Sequence record: SRR31156797_4606
DNA: 51,587 nucleotides
Strand: one strand, 5' to 3'
The first letter of the stretch is position 1. Each line of letters starts with the position of its first letter. Positions 10,529 through 20,715 of this stretch are shown in pieces. The notes beneath the pieces were generated by a model, which did not search any database, was not told where the DNA came from, and saw only the letters and a list, made by a program, of their open reading frames with translations. The position numbers and the translations under genes were made by a program.

Positions 10529-11668
10529 TTATATTATTTGACAAATGTCTGAGGCAATATGTAGTGCGGCATGGGGCTTTGCCAAGGCTATGCCATTGTC
10601 AGCCAGTTCCTGGAGTTTGGCCTCACCATTATCAAGCCATTGTTTTAGTGTTGAGACAAGCTGCTTCGTCTGCGGTGCATAGGTACCGACACCGTGCTGC
10701 TTAACGAAATTAATATTGCCGGTTTCCTGACCTGGGATGTAGTCGGAAATCAGAACCGGTAGTCCGGCGATAAAGCCCTCGCAAAGAGTGCTGGGGCCTG
10801 CCTTGGTTATAAGAATATCAGAAGCTCCCATCAGAGTTGGCATATTTTCCACAAAGCCAAAGACCTTGGTCGGAATGTTCCACTCGATCTTCGCAAGTTG
10901 CTTTTCCAATTTTTTATTCCGCCCTGCAACAATCAGTAACTGGCCGTGGTCAATTGCTCCAGCAATGTGACGTGCTGTTTTGTACAGTTGCGGTTGGCCT
11001 TCTCCCCCTGCCGTCACAAGAATGGTTGGCTTGTTGGGATCAAGGCCAAGCTGCTTTTTATTTTTGGCCTTGTCCTGTTGCAAATTCGAAAATTTCAACC
11101 CTACAGGATGTCCATGCAGGGTCAATTTATCGTGCGGCATGCCATAGTATTCTGCCCTTTTCCACGCTTCCTCTGTTGAAACAAAGCAGCGATCGACATC
11201 AGGACATATCCAGGATGGGTGAAAGGAAACCATGTCTGTTACCACCGTGACAAAAGGAACATCTAACCCTGCTTTTTTAAGCCAGTGGATACCAAGGTGG
11301 TTCATCAGCGGATGCACTGAAATGATTATATCCGGTTGAACAGAAGTGATATATTTGACCACGCTTTGTTCAATTAAAGGAGAGAAACTCGCAAAGAGCA
11401 TGGATTGCAGACGATGATATGACGAGAGTTTCCAAATGGCCAGCCAAAGTGATTTTCCCGGCCCCGCCAACCATCCGTAGGTATCTGGAATGCAGCAAAT
11501 CGGCCATGGCATATGGTTTTTCCAAAGATCTTCTATCACAAGCTCATATTTGCCAGGGTGCAAATGTTCGACCGCCTCACCAATTGCTTCGGCTGATGCT
11601 CGGTGACCGCCGCCCGTGTCTGAGAGTAGGAAAAGTATTTTGGGGGGTCCTTCGTTCATAGTTGCCAC
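10529..11668 (-). CDS. GT28 monogalactosyl/diglucosyl-diacylglycerol synthase (MGD/UgtP family)
   Basis: SDTGGGHRASAEAI; IISVHPLMNH; VTVVTD; TKAGPST; IPGQETGN. Confidence 0.88.
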   Translation of the reverse strand: MATMNEGPPKILFLLSDTGGGHRASAEAIGEAVEHLHPGKYELVIEDLWKNHMPWPICCIPDTYGWLAGPGKSLWLAIWKLSSYHRLQSMLFASFSPLIEQSVVKYITSVQPDIIISVHPLMNHLGIHWLKKAGLDVPFVTVVTDMVSFHPSWICPDVDRCFVSTEEAWKRAEYYGMPHDKLTLHGHPVGLKFSNLQQDKAKNKKQLGLDPNKPTILVTAGGEGQPQLYKTARHIAGAIDHGQLLIVAGRNKKLEKQLAKIEWNIPTKVFGFVENMPTLMGASDILITKAGPSTLCEGFIAGLPVLISDYIPGQETGNINFVKQHGVGTYAPQTKQLVSTLKQWLDNGEAKLQELADNGIALAKPHAALHIASDICQII

Positions 11669-11741
11669 TCATCCTGTATTTGCACATTAATGGTATGCAG
11701 CAAATAAACATTCTCTAATTAACCTGAGAGTAGATTACACC

Positions 11742-11774
11742 TTGAATGTTAAAGCTCTATGAAGCAATTGTTAT
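11742..11774 (-). promoter_or_regulatory. Candidate Pho box upstream of the MGD-dedA-GT4 operon
   Basis: Minus strand reads ATAACAATTGC / TTCATAGAGCT / TTAACATTCAA: three TAAC/TCAT cores at 11-bp period, about 75 bp upstream of the start. Confidence 0.45.
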
Positions 11775-11973
11775 TATTTGGTTTATAGGACTACAGAGAG
11801 AGATAAGATCTGGACGGATAAAGAGGAAATGTGGGAACGACCTGGCAACAACACCTGCTGATTACCAGGTTATTCCAGAAAATGCGGAGCACATGTCTTG
11901 CCCCTCCAACAAGGGACACAACAGTGCTTGAAAAAGAGATCGAAAAAAGCTGAACCAAAACGATCTAACTATA

Positions 11974-12654
11974 TTACCTGTCTTTTTTTGTGGGTGGGCC
12001 TGCAAGGTGAAACCCGACAAGGCGGGCAATAAATACCGCCACAAACATCTGCCCAACCACTGCTTCCATCACAGCCAGCGTCCTCGCCATATCTCCTACT
12101 GGGGTGATCTCCCCATAGCCCAAGGTGGCAAGAGTCACAAAACTAAAATAGCTAAGCTCTGCCTTAGCAGAGAGTAGAGAGAGTCCATCACTAGTTAGAG
12201 AAAAGGAGCCGGGAGTGAACAATTCGGTAAGTACGTACAGTTCACTCCACAGGAAGCCGAGAAAAAAATAGATACAGACACCGCCATAAATAGTGTCCGG
12301 TCTTGGTTTTTTCTGGTGCAGGATATACACAAAAATAGCATAGGCATTAAAGAGCATAAAAAGTGCAGTTCCCATTGAAGTCGCATAAAGGAAGACATCT
12401 TGAGGCCAGTACGTGTAGCACCAACGGGAAATAAGGGTAGGGAAAAAAATAAAAAGACCTACCCAAAGTACTTTACGGTTATGAAAAAGGCTCCATATAC
12501 CGGCAAAAAGCACCACCGAGGTCACCATATCGACGACAAGCGTGTCTTCACGGGCATCTGCAAACGGAGCCGCCAGCATCAGTCCAGTTAAGCAGAGCAG
12601 CAACGTCAGAAAACTCCCGGTCTGTTCTTGTTCTTTTGTATTGCGTTTCTTCAT
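11974..12654 (-). CDS. Potassium channel family protein (Ion_trans_2)
   Basis: YFSFVTLATLGYGEITP selectivity filter; multiple TM segments. Confidence 0.85.
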   Translation of the reverse strand: MKKRNTKEQEQTGSFLTLLLCLTGLMLAAPFADAREDTLVVDMVTSVVLFAGIWSLFHNRKVLWVGLFIFFPTLISRWCYTYWPQDVFLYATSMGTALFMLFNAYAIFVYILHQKKPRPDTIYGGVCIYFFLGFLWSELYVLTELFTPGSFSLTSDGLSLLSAKAELSYFSFVTLATLGYGEITPVGDMARTLAVMEAVVGQMFVAVFIARLVGFHLAGPPTKKDR

Positions 12655-14237
12655 TACTCCCTCCCTAAAGCTACACTATGCACCGCACAGACATGGTCGG
12701 CAAAACCTGCTCCGGCATCACCAAAAATATTAAAAACATGGTCCACCCCTGCATCTTTGAGCTGCTCAACCTCATCTTCATAACGTGCGGTTGCAGCTAT
12801 AACAATCTCGAAAGGTAGAGCCTGCAGCATTTGGACAGCTTTCACGTTGGCCACGTGTGACATGGTTAGCAACACCAACTGCATCTGTTCAGGTCTTGTA
12901 ACCCCTCGCTGCCAAAAATCAGAGTCTCCGGCATCACCAAAAACCACATGACGTCCTGCTTCGAGGTGTTTTGCTACCCGTTCTTCATCAAATTCCAAGC
13001 CGACAACCTGCTTCCCGTATTGCTGCTCCAGGTGTTGGTAGGCTCCTAGGCCTATCCTCCCCATTCCCAAGACGGCTATGGTTGCGCTACCAATATCGAT
13101 AACCTCCTCTCCTGCCAATCTTCTTGTTGTTTCAAATTTCTTGAAAAGTCCATTCCAGCGGGCATACATAGTTGCAGCCATGGTGTCAACCGGGGATGCG
13201 ACGACCATGGAGATGGAAACAGCCACCGCAATAATAACCAACCACTCACTGTCCAGCCACCCCTGACTGACCCCAACAGCGCCAACGATCAACCCGAATT
13301 CACTGTAATTGGCAAGAGTTAACGATGTAAACAGGGAGGTTCGAGCCCGGAGACGATACCTGGTCAATAACAGGTAAAAGAGGATAACTTTTAGTGGAAC
13401 AAACAGGACAAGCAGGCAGGCGACCTTCAACATCTGCATGTTGGGCAGATCAGCCATGCCGATCGTAAGAAAGAAGCCGACCAGAAACAAATCCTTAAAG
13501 CCAAACATAGCCTTGGCAAGTTCATCGGTTTTGGGGTGACCGGCAAATAGCATCCCTAAGATGAGCGCACCAAGGTCCGGCTTCAGACCCACATATTCAA
13601 AAACAGACGCTCCGGCAATGGGAAGAATGCAGGCCAGCAGAACCAAAAGCTCTCCATGACCGCTTTTATTGAGAATGATGCCCAATGGTTTTTTAAGAAA
13701 AAACAGTCCAACCAAACCCAAAGCAAGCGGTGAGGGGACTTTACCGCTGGAGATAGTAATAAAAAGGACGGCAAACAGGTCCTGCATAATCAAAATACCG
13801 ATCGCCAATCGGCCATAATTTGCGGTCATTTCCGCTTTTTCTTCAAGCATTTTCACAGCAAAAACTGTGCTTGAAAAACTGAGCGCAAAACCAAAAAGCA
13901 GCGATGTACTCAGCGTAAGCTGGCTGAAATAGGAATATCCGAGAAGACTTAAGCCATAAACCACTGCCCCAAGTACTAACACGGTAACAGCCATGTGTAA
14001 GGACGCTGTGCCCCACACCTGTGGTTGGAACAACTTTTTTAGCTGCACCTTTAAGCCGATACTGAACAAGAGTAGAATAATACCGACGTCGGACAGTTGA
14101 TAAAGCAACTCGCTGGCTTCATAGCCCAGTGCATTGAGGACAAAGCCACCTGCTAAAAATCCGACAAGTGGCGGTAGGCCGATCTGTTTAGCAATAAAAC
14201 CAAGAACAAAGGCTGTAACAATAAATGTTGTATCCAT
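12654..14237 (-). CDS. CPA2 cation:proton antiporter with C-terminal TrkA-N/RCK domain (Kef-like)
   Basis: LSFSSTVFAVK; LIMQDL; Rossmann motif GMGRIG; FGDAGD. Confidence 0.88.
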   Translation of the reverse strand: MDTTFIVTAFVLGFIAKQIGLPPLVGFLAGGFVLNALGYEASELLYQLSDVGIILLLFSIGLKVQLKKLFQPQVWGTASLHMAVTVLVLGAVVYGLSLLGYSYFSQLTLSTSLLFGFALSFSSTVFAVKMLEEKAEMTANYGRLAIGILIMQDLFAVLFITISSGKVPSPLALGLVGLFFLKKPLGIILNKSGHGELLVLLACILPIAGASVFEYVGLKPDLGALILGMLFAGHPKTDELAKAMFGFKDLFLVGFFLTIGMADLPNMQMLKVACLLVLFVPLKVILFYLLLTRYRLRARTSLFTSLTLANYSEFGLIVGAVGVSQGWLDSEWLVIIAVAVSISMVVASPVDTMAATMYARWNGLFKKFETTRRLAGEEVIDIGSATIAVLGMGRIGLGAYQHLEQQYGKQVVGLEFDEERVAKHLEAGRHVVFGDAGDSDFWQRGVTRPEQMQLVLLTMSHVANVKAVQMLQALPFEIVIAATARYEDEVEQLKDAGVDHVFNIFGDAGAGFADHVCAVHSVALGRE

Positions 14238-14339
14238 ATACCCTCTTAAGTGATGCTGTAGAAATTGCCAGGTCGCAATTATTTTTTCACATGAGACGTT
14301 TACACTCTTTTTTCTTCATCGTGCTCATCAGCTGGCAGA

Positions 14340-16247
14340 CTAAAAAATATAGATAAACCAAGCAAGTAGAATAGCGACAACGGCGGTAAGAACAAAAAGT
14401 GGGGTTCCAACCCGGACAAAATCTTTGATACTGTAGCCTCCGGGTTCACAAACCACCATATTGACTGGTGACCCAAGCGGCGACATAAAGGCAGAGGAAC
14501 AGGCAATGGCAACAGTCATGGCACACGCCTGAGGCGAAACACCAAGCTGCAGCCCCATTTCCACCGCAACTGGAGCTATCAATACTGCGGTGGGGGTATT
14601 AGATAAAAATAATCCTGTACAAGCCGTGACAATAAAGAGAATCGAAAGCAGCAGCAAGGGGCCGACATTGCCAAAAACCAATAGCAGAAGCTCAGTTACC
14701 GCACCTGACACCCCGGTTTTCTGCAACGCCAGAGCAAGGGGCAGTATGCCAGCAATGAGGATAACTGTCTGCCAGTCAATTATCTTATATAAGGATTCGA
14801 GACGGATACACCGTGTTAGGACAAGAACCACGCCGGTCAGCATGACTGCGGTCACCGTCGGCACTATATTCGACACCAGCAGAGAAATCATCACCCCTAA
14901 AATAGCAAGTACTAACGGCGCCTTATTTCTTGCAGGAATAACTTCCTGATGGTCAACCGGGAGAGTCAAAAGCAGATACTCGTCGCGCTTGTCACGCAGA
15001 CGTAAAATATCTGTCCAGGCACCGCACACAAGCAGCACATCACCATATTGCAGGGGCAGGTCGGCAATATCGGTTGTTATGGCTTCCATCTTTCTTCGTA
15101 TCCCAAGAACCTGGGACTTAAACCGTGATTGGAAGCCTATTTCTCTTAATGTTTTCCCGATTAAACTGGAATCCGGAGTCAGCATCACCTCAGCAGCACC
15201 CATCACCTGAAAAAATTCTTTGCGCCTAAAAGGGTCAAAAGGTCGAAGTATTTTCTCCACCCGCAGCTCCGTGATCAACTTATCAAGCTGTTCTTCCTCT
15301 CCCAATACAACCAAAATGTCATTGCGGTAAAAGACGGTCTCTGGTCTTGCCGCAACAAACTCCGGCCTGCCATGCACGGTTTTTTCAATGGCAATCAGGT
15401 TGATAAAATACTTTTCCCTGAGCTGGATCCTTGCCACGGCTCTATCGATAAGCGGCGAACCAGCTTGCACCTCTAACAAAAAGACCTGTTGCTCTAAATG
15501 GTAATGTTCAGCAAGATCATCCATGGAGCGCCCCTGTTTTCCAGCAGGCATGGTTGCCTTTTTGGAAAGCATATTTCGCCCACATATTCCCATAAAACAT
15601 ATGGCAAGAATCAATACTAATACCCCAAAAGGGGTAAAACTGAAAAAGGGTAAAACTGCAAGTCCATGCTCCTTGAGCACATTATTGACAACAATATTCG
15701 GGGAAGTGGCGACAAGGGTCATCATGCCGCTGATAAGGGAAGCAGCTGCAAGAGGCATCAGCAAACGTTTTCGGTTAAGGCCACCTTTTTCGGCTACAGC
15801 AATGGTCACAGGAATAAAGATAGCCACCGTGGCAGTAGAGCTCATAAAAGCTCCCACCAAGCCAGCAAAGATCATGAGCAAAGTCATCAGCCGCAGTTCG
15901 CTTTTGCCGCCATATCGGATTACCCATTCACCAAGCCGCTGAGCTATGCCGGTGTGGACAACCGCTTCACTTACGATAAACATGGAGGCCACAATAAGGA
16001 CTACCGGACTGGAAAAACCAGAAAGAGCCTCTGGAGCAGTAAGAACACCGGTGATCATCAGCCCGACCACAACAAGCAGCCCTACCAGATCTGCCCTGAA
16101 TAGCTGTGTTACCAACAGAAACACCGTACCTGCCAAAAGTGCCAAAGAAAGAAACATCTCCTGTCCAATCATAGCTGCCCTTTTGTTACAAATCGAAGTT
16201 AAAGCGAGGGTATCTGCTTTCGCTGAATAGCTACATACGCTTTTCAC
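14340..16247 (-). CDS. SLC13/CitMHS-type permease with two TrkA-C domains; true start probably near 16170 or later
   Basis: GAFMSSTATVAIFIP; two TrkA-C repeats; LSNTPTAVLIAP; SPLGSPVN. Confidence 0.85.
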   Translation of the reverse strand: MKSVCSYSAKADTLALTSICNKRAAMIGQEMFLSLALLAGTVFLLVTQLFRADLVGLLVVVGLMITGVLTAPEALSGFSSPVVLIVASMFIVSEAVVHTGIAQRLGEWVIRYGGKSELRLMTLLMIFAGLVGAFMSSTATVAIFIPVTIAVAEKGGLNRKRLLMPLAAASLISGMMTLVATSPNIVVNNVLKEHGLAVLPFFSFTPFGVLVLILAICFMGICGRNMLSKKATMPAGKQGRSMDDLAEHYHLEQQVFLLEVQAGSPLIDRAVARIQLREKYFINLIAIEKTVHGRPEFVAARPETVFYRNDILVVLGEEEQLDKLITELRVEKILRPFDPFRRKEFFQVMGAAEVMLTPDSSLIGKTLREIGFQSRFKSQVLGIRRKMEAITTDIADLPLQYGDVLLVCGAWTDILRLRDKRDEYLLLTLPVDHQEVIPARNKAPLVLAILGVMISLLVSNIVPTVTAVMLTGVVLVLTRCIRLESLYKIIDWQTVILIAGILPLALALQKTGVSGAVTELLLLVFGNVGPLLLLSILFIVTACTGLFLSNTPTAVLIAPVAVEMGLQLGVSPQACAMTVAIACSSAFMSPLGSPVNMVVCEPGGYSIKDFVRVGTPLFVLTAVVAILLAWFIYIF

Positions 16248-16541
16248 CTGCCCTACAGGTACGTTGCCAGGTACAACGGGTGAAGCAGATACTGCTATAA
16301 TCTCCTACTTTACTAATTTTTCACGAAATTTCCATAGAGTTTATTCAGCAGGGCCAAAGCAGGATCTTAAGTCCTCTATTCCGAATCAAAAGGGGCGTAT
16401 CAACTCTCTCGTTTAGCGAAATGTGGGCAGCGAAGACTTTATCCTCCGATTTGTTGCAAAAATTACCATCACTTACTAAAAGATGACGAGTTTCTCCATT
16501 GTATACCAAAAATCACAAGCTCACATATCCATTTAATTATT

Positions 16542-17660
16542 ATGCCATATCACCTTGCACTTTCCTTAGCTCAAAAGCTGGTAACCATTAATACGGTCAA
16601 CCCACCCGGAAACGAAACAGATGCGGTACGCGTCCTTTCGCCTTTACTCAAGGAGGCCGGTTTTTCCATAAAGGAATACCAATATGGCCCAAACCGCAGT
16701 TCTCTGGTAGCCCACAAAGGAAAAAGTGATCAACCTGCTGTTGTTTTATCCGGTCACCTGGACACTGTCCCCTTTGGAGCGCAACCCTGGATGCCCCCCC
16801 CCCTGTCGGGATTAATAGTTGATGACAAGCTCTATGGTAGAGGCTCTGCAGATATGAAAGGGGGGATAGCTGTTCTTGTGGCAGCAGCTATCCACTTTGC
16901 AGCAAAGGTTACCGAGGTGCCCATAACCCTTATTCTCTCTGCAGATGAAGAAATCGGATGCGCTGGGGTTTCCAGGCTCATCCAGGATCAGATTCTGCCC
17001 AAGGCTCGCCTAATCCTGGTTGCTGAACCCACAGGAAACATACCGTGTTTTGGTCACAAAGGTGTTCTTTGGGTGAAGACAACCTTCCATGGTACTACTT
17101 CCCACGCAGCTTTTCCCCACCTTGGAGATAATGCGCTGTTAAAAGCGGCCCAGGCAGTGGTTGCCCTTAACAGTAATATTATGAGCGGCCAAACACACCC
17201 AGTGATGGGCGAACCGACCCTGGTTACCAGTCGCCTTTTAAGCGGTGATAATTATAACTCGGTTCCAGATCTTGCTGAACTCGGGATAGACTGCCGCTCC
17301 ACTGTCAACCTGACCAACGATGCCATTCTCGAACGTATTGGAACGTTACTATCTCCCTTTGATGCTGACCTTGAGACTCTCTTTAATCTGCCTCCCTTAT
17401 GGACAAATCCTGAAATTGATATCGCCAAATCTGTGATTGACTGCTGCGACCTTATCAGTGGCTGTCGACATGAACCCCAAATTGCACCCTTTTACACTGA
17501 TGGCGGCATACTTGGCCCAGGACTTGGCGACGTGCCGGTTATTATTCTTGGCCCAGGAGAATCAGGAATGGCCCATCAGGTAAACGAGTATGTAGCAGTT
17601 GCAGATTTAAATACAGGGGTGGATATATACCTTGAGATTTTATCTCGATTGTGTTGTTAG
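16542..17660 (+). CDS. M20-family metallopeptidase/deacylase (ArgE/DapE-like)
   Basis: SGHLDTVP; GRGSADMKGG; ADEE; AEPT; GTTSHAA; AHQVNE. Confidence 0.88.
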   Translation: MPYHLALSLAQKLVTINTVNPPGNETDAVRVLSPLLKEAGFSIKEYQYGPNRSSLVAHKGKSDQPAVVLSGHLDTVPFGAQPWMPPPLSGLIVDDKLYGRGSADMKGGIAVLVAAAIHFAAKVTEVPITLILSADEEIGCAGVSRLIQDQILPKARLILVAEPTGNIPCFGHKGVLWVKTTFHGTTSHAAFPHLGDNALLKAAQAVVALNSNIMSGQTHPVMGEPTLVTSRLLSGDNYNSVPDLAELGIDCRSTVNLTNDAILERIGTLLSPFDADLETLFNLPPLWTNPEIDIAKSVIDCCDLISGCRHEPQIAPFYTDGGILGPGLGDVPVIILGPGESGMAHQVNEYVAVADLNTGVDIYLEILSRLCC

Positions 17661-17756
17661 AAGAGATCCTTTAATTATTACCCAAAAGGCCTCTTTCCCC
17701 AAAAAAAGCCAACAATAGTTGTACACACCCTAAATATTTTCAATGTGGAGGAATGT

Positions 17757-18842
17757 ATGAAAAAAACTGCCTGCGCCCTGTTTTGTTTTTTCCTGGCAAC
17801 AGCCGCCTATGCGGAAACCATAAAAATCGGTGCTGTTCAGCCGCTTTCCGGTAAAATTTCTGTGTACGGAGAAGGGTTCCAACGAGCCATCAATTTAGCT
17901 GTGGATGAAGTTAATGCAGCAGGTGGGATTAAAGGGAAAGACCTGGAAGTCATCTATGAAGACAACCTTTCAACAGCTCAAGGTACCGTATCTGCGCTGC
18001 AAAAACTGATTTCCATTGAAAAACTTCCCGTTATCATAGGACCGGCAGCCAGTTCAAATTTTCTTGCGGCATGCCCCATTGCCCAACGTGATAAAACTAT
18101 TTTTATCGGTGCAGAATCCGCCGCTTCTGACATCAGCAAGTGCGGCTCGTATGTATTCAGGGTCTTTCCCTCTGATATGCTCCAGGGGATCGGGGTAGCT
18201 GAACTTGCAGAAGAGCTTGGCTACAAAGAAGTAGCGCTCACCTATATCAATAATGACTGGGGCGTTGGTCTGGCAGATGTATTTAAAGCAAAATTCAATG
18301 GTAAAATTATAGAGGAATTCGCCCACGACGAAGGCAAAGCAGATTATCGTTCGGAAATCATGCGTCTCAAGCGTAAAAATCCGGTTGCAGTTGTCAACCT
18401 TACCTATATCAAAGAAGGTGGTACTTTACTCAAGCAGGCGTATGAAATGAAGTTCACTCCCAAGTGGCTCATGGGCTCCGCAGCAAAATCACCCAAACTG
18501 GTAGAACTAGCCGGTAAAACAGCAGAAGGAATCATTGGTACCTACCCCACTTTTGCTAAAGAAGGCGATAAATATGCCCATTACAAGAGTGCCTTTGCCG
18601 CCAAATATCCCGAGAAAAAATTCCCCATCTTTGGCGAATACAACTATGACATGGTCCACTTACTGGCAAAAGCACTCAACAATGCAGAGGCAATCAATGC
18701 CGACGCTGTTCGCAGCGCTCTTATGCAATCCTCTAAGGGTTTTGTAGGTGTAACCGGCGACAAAACCTTTGATGAAAACGGTGATGTAGGTGCCACTTAT
18801 GGACGATGGACCGTTAAAGACGGTACAATCGTCGAATATTGA
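17757..18842 (+). CDS. LIV-type ABC transporter substrate-binding protein
   Basis: Signal peptide; IKIGAVQPLSG; VNAAGGIKG; GVTGDKTFDENGD; GGAGG RBS before ATG 17757. Confidence 0.9.
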   Translation: MKKTACALFCFFLATAAYAETIKIGAVQPLSGKISVYGEGFQRAINLAVDEVNAAGGIKGKDLEVIYEDNLSTAQGTVSALQKLISIEKLPVIIGPAASSNFLAACPIAQRDKTIFIGAESAASDISKCGSYVFRVFPSDMLQGIGVAELAEELGYKEVALTYINNDWGVGLADVFKAKFNGKIIEEFAHDEGKADYRSEIMRLKRKNPVAVVNLTYIKEGGTLLKQAYEMKFTPKWLMGSAAKSPKLVELAGKTAEGIIGTYPTFAKEGDKYAHYKSAFAAKYPEKKFPIFGEYNYDMVHLLAKALNNAEAINADAVRSALMQSSKGFVGVTGDKTFDENGDVGATYGRWTVKDGTIVEY

Positions 18843-18882
18843 TGGCGTCGTAAAAAAGTAGGCCGACGGTCTCGTATTCTTT

Positions 18883-18915
18883 GACAGGCGAACATGATTC
18901 ACATGTTCGCCTGTC
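18883..18915 (+). terminator. Intergenic 14-bp perfect stem-loop after the binding-protein gene (partial terminator or mRNA stabiliser)
   Basis: GACAGGCGAACATG-attca-CATGTTCGCCTGTC followed by TCTATTTTT. Confidence 0.65.
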
Positions 18916-18964
18916 TCTATTTTTAGAAACACCCAGCTCCCTCAAGAGGTAAAAACAATACACT

Positions 18965-19837
18965 GTGTACTATTTACAGTTACTTATAAACGGTATTGTC
19001 GCGGGGGGGGTCTACGCCCTTTTTGCGGTAGGGCTGACGATGATTTATTCCATCTTCAGGTTCATCAACTTTGCCCATGGAGAGTTGATTGCCTGGGGCG
19101 CATACGGAGTCCTGCTTTTTGCTTCCGCACCCTTTCATCTGCCGTTATGGGGGGCTGTTGTGCCTGCAGTTCTACTGGTTATCGTCCTTGCTCAGCTGCA
19201 AAACAAGTTGGTCTTTGGCCCGCTGAAAAATGCTCAACCGGTTACTCTGCTTATTGCCTCCATAGGTTTGTCATTTTTATTGCGGGGTGCTCTGCAGCTC
19301 TATTTTGGTTCAGATTTGCGCTCCTATACAACTGTGTTTTACGAAAGCATTGAGATTGCCGGTATATTTATAACCTATGTCCAGATGGGGATGGTGGCAC
19401 TATCGCTCCTGTTTTTCGTGCTTCTCTATCTGCTGCTCACCAAAACCCTGATTGGCAAATCCATGCGTGCCGTTTCTGACTCTATTGAGCTTGCCGGCAT
19501 TTACGGTATATCAACCAAAAAGGTGAGTATCTTTGTCTGGAGTGTCTCTGCTGTCTTTGCCGCTTCCGGGGGGTTTCTTTTAGCCCTTGATACCAACCTG
19601 GATCCAATGATGGGACTTGCCTTCATGATCAAAGCTTTTGCAGCTGTCCTGCTCGGCGGGGTCGGCAATGTGTGGGGCGCCCTTTTAGGTGGCCTCTGCA
19701 TTGGTATTATAGAAAATATGGGAACCGCATTTATTTCTCCTGGCTATAAAGACTTAAGTGCCTTTGTGCTCATCATTTTGGTCCTGCTCTTGCGGCCCCA
19801 AGGTATACTAGGGGCTGCAACAAAGGGAGTACGCTAA
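18965..19837 (+). CDS. livH: LivH-like ABC permease
   Basis: YALFAVGLTMIY...INFAHGE; KAFAAVLLGGVG. Confidence 0.85.
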   Translation: MYYLQLLINGIVAGGVYALFAVGLTMIYSIFRFINFAHGELIAWGAYGVLLFASAPFHLPLWGAVVPAVLLVIVLAQLQNKLVFGPLKNAQPVTLLIASIGLSFLLRGALQLYFGSDLRSYTTVFYESIEIAGIFITYVQMGMVALSLLFFVLLYLLLTKTLIGKSMRAVSDSIELAGIYGISTKKVSIFVWSVSAVFAASGGFLLALDTNLDPMMGLAFMIKAFAAVLLGGVGNVWGALLGGLCIGIIENMGTAFISPGYKDLSAFVLIILVLLLRPQGILGAATKGVR

Positions 19838-20715
19838 TGGAATACGGGCTGCACATATTGATACTCTGTCTTATTTATATTCTTTTTTCCTCTTCCCTTA
19901 ACCTAGAACTCGGCTACGCAGGGCTCTACAACTTCGGCCATGTTGGCTTTTTTGCGATTGGAGCCTACAGCTCTGCCCTGGTTACGGTTGCAGGTTTCCC
20001 CATATGGGGGGGACTGCTGCTGAGTATGGTGGTTGCCGCGATGGTGGGCCTGATGTTTGCGTGGCCTGTACTGCGGCTCACTGGCGATTATTTTGGGATA
20101 GCCTCGCTGGCTTTTGCGGAGATGATTCGCCTGCTCCTGCTCAATGAACGATGGTTGACTCGCGGCCCCATGGGCATTCCCGGTATCCCAAGAATAGAGA
20201 TAATGGGATTATCCGGCAACCTGGCTACTCTTGTCGTTACTTTGGTTCTCACCGCTCTTTCCCTGCTCTGTTTCAAAATCATTCTTTCTTCTCCGTTTGG
20301 CAGAACACTCAAACTTATCAGGGAAGATGAATATGTTGCCCGTGCCTTTGGAAAAAATGTGGTCTCTTTTAAAACCAGAACCATTGCTCTTGGTTCTGCT
20401 TTTGGCGGCCTTGCCGGTGGACTTTGGGCGCATTACATCGGTTACATCAGTCCCAATGACTTTACCCTGCAACTCACCGTACTTGTCCTTTTATGCGTGG
20501 TCTTAGGGGGCAGAGGTACACTGGTCGGTCCGATCCTGGGTTCTCTTTTAGTCGTCTGTGTGGGAGAAGGCTTACGTTTCCTTCCCTTACCTGCATCCAT
20601 GACAGCCGGTGTTGCCCATATCCAAAGTATGCTCTTTGGCCTGGTACTGGTACTGCTCATGCTCCGCAGACCCCAGGGAATAGTAGCTGAATCAAACTTA
20701 CTTCAGGAAACCTGA
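19837..20715 (+). CDS. livM: LivM-like ABC permease
   Basis: GLYNFGHVGFFAIGAY; LRLTGDYFGIASLAFAE; TRGPMGI. Confidence 0.85.
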   Translation: MEYGLHILILCLIYILFSSSLNLELGYAGLYNFGHVGFFAIGAYSSALVTVAGFPIWGGLLLSMVVAAMVGLMFAWPVLRLTGDYFGIASLAFAEMIRLLLLNERWLTRGPMGIPGIPRIEIMGLSGNLATLVVTLVLTALSLLCFKIILSSPFGRTLKLIREDEYVARAFGKNVVSFKTRTIALGSAFGGLAGGLWAHYIGYISPNDFTLQLTVLVLLCVVLGGRGTLVGPILGSLLVVCVGEGLRFLPLPASMTAGVAHIQSMLFGLVLVLLMLRRPQGIVAESNLLQET

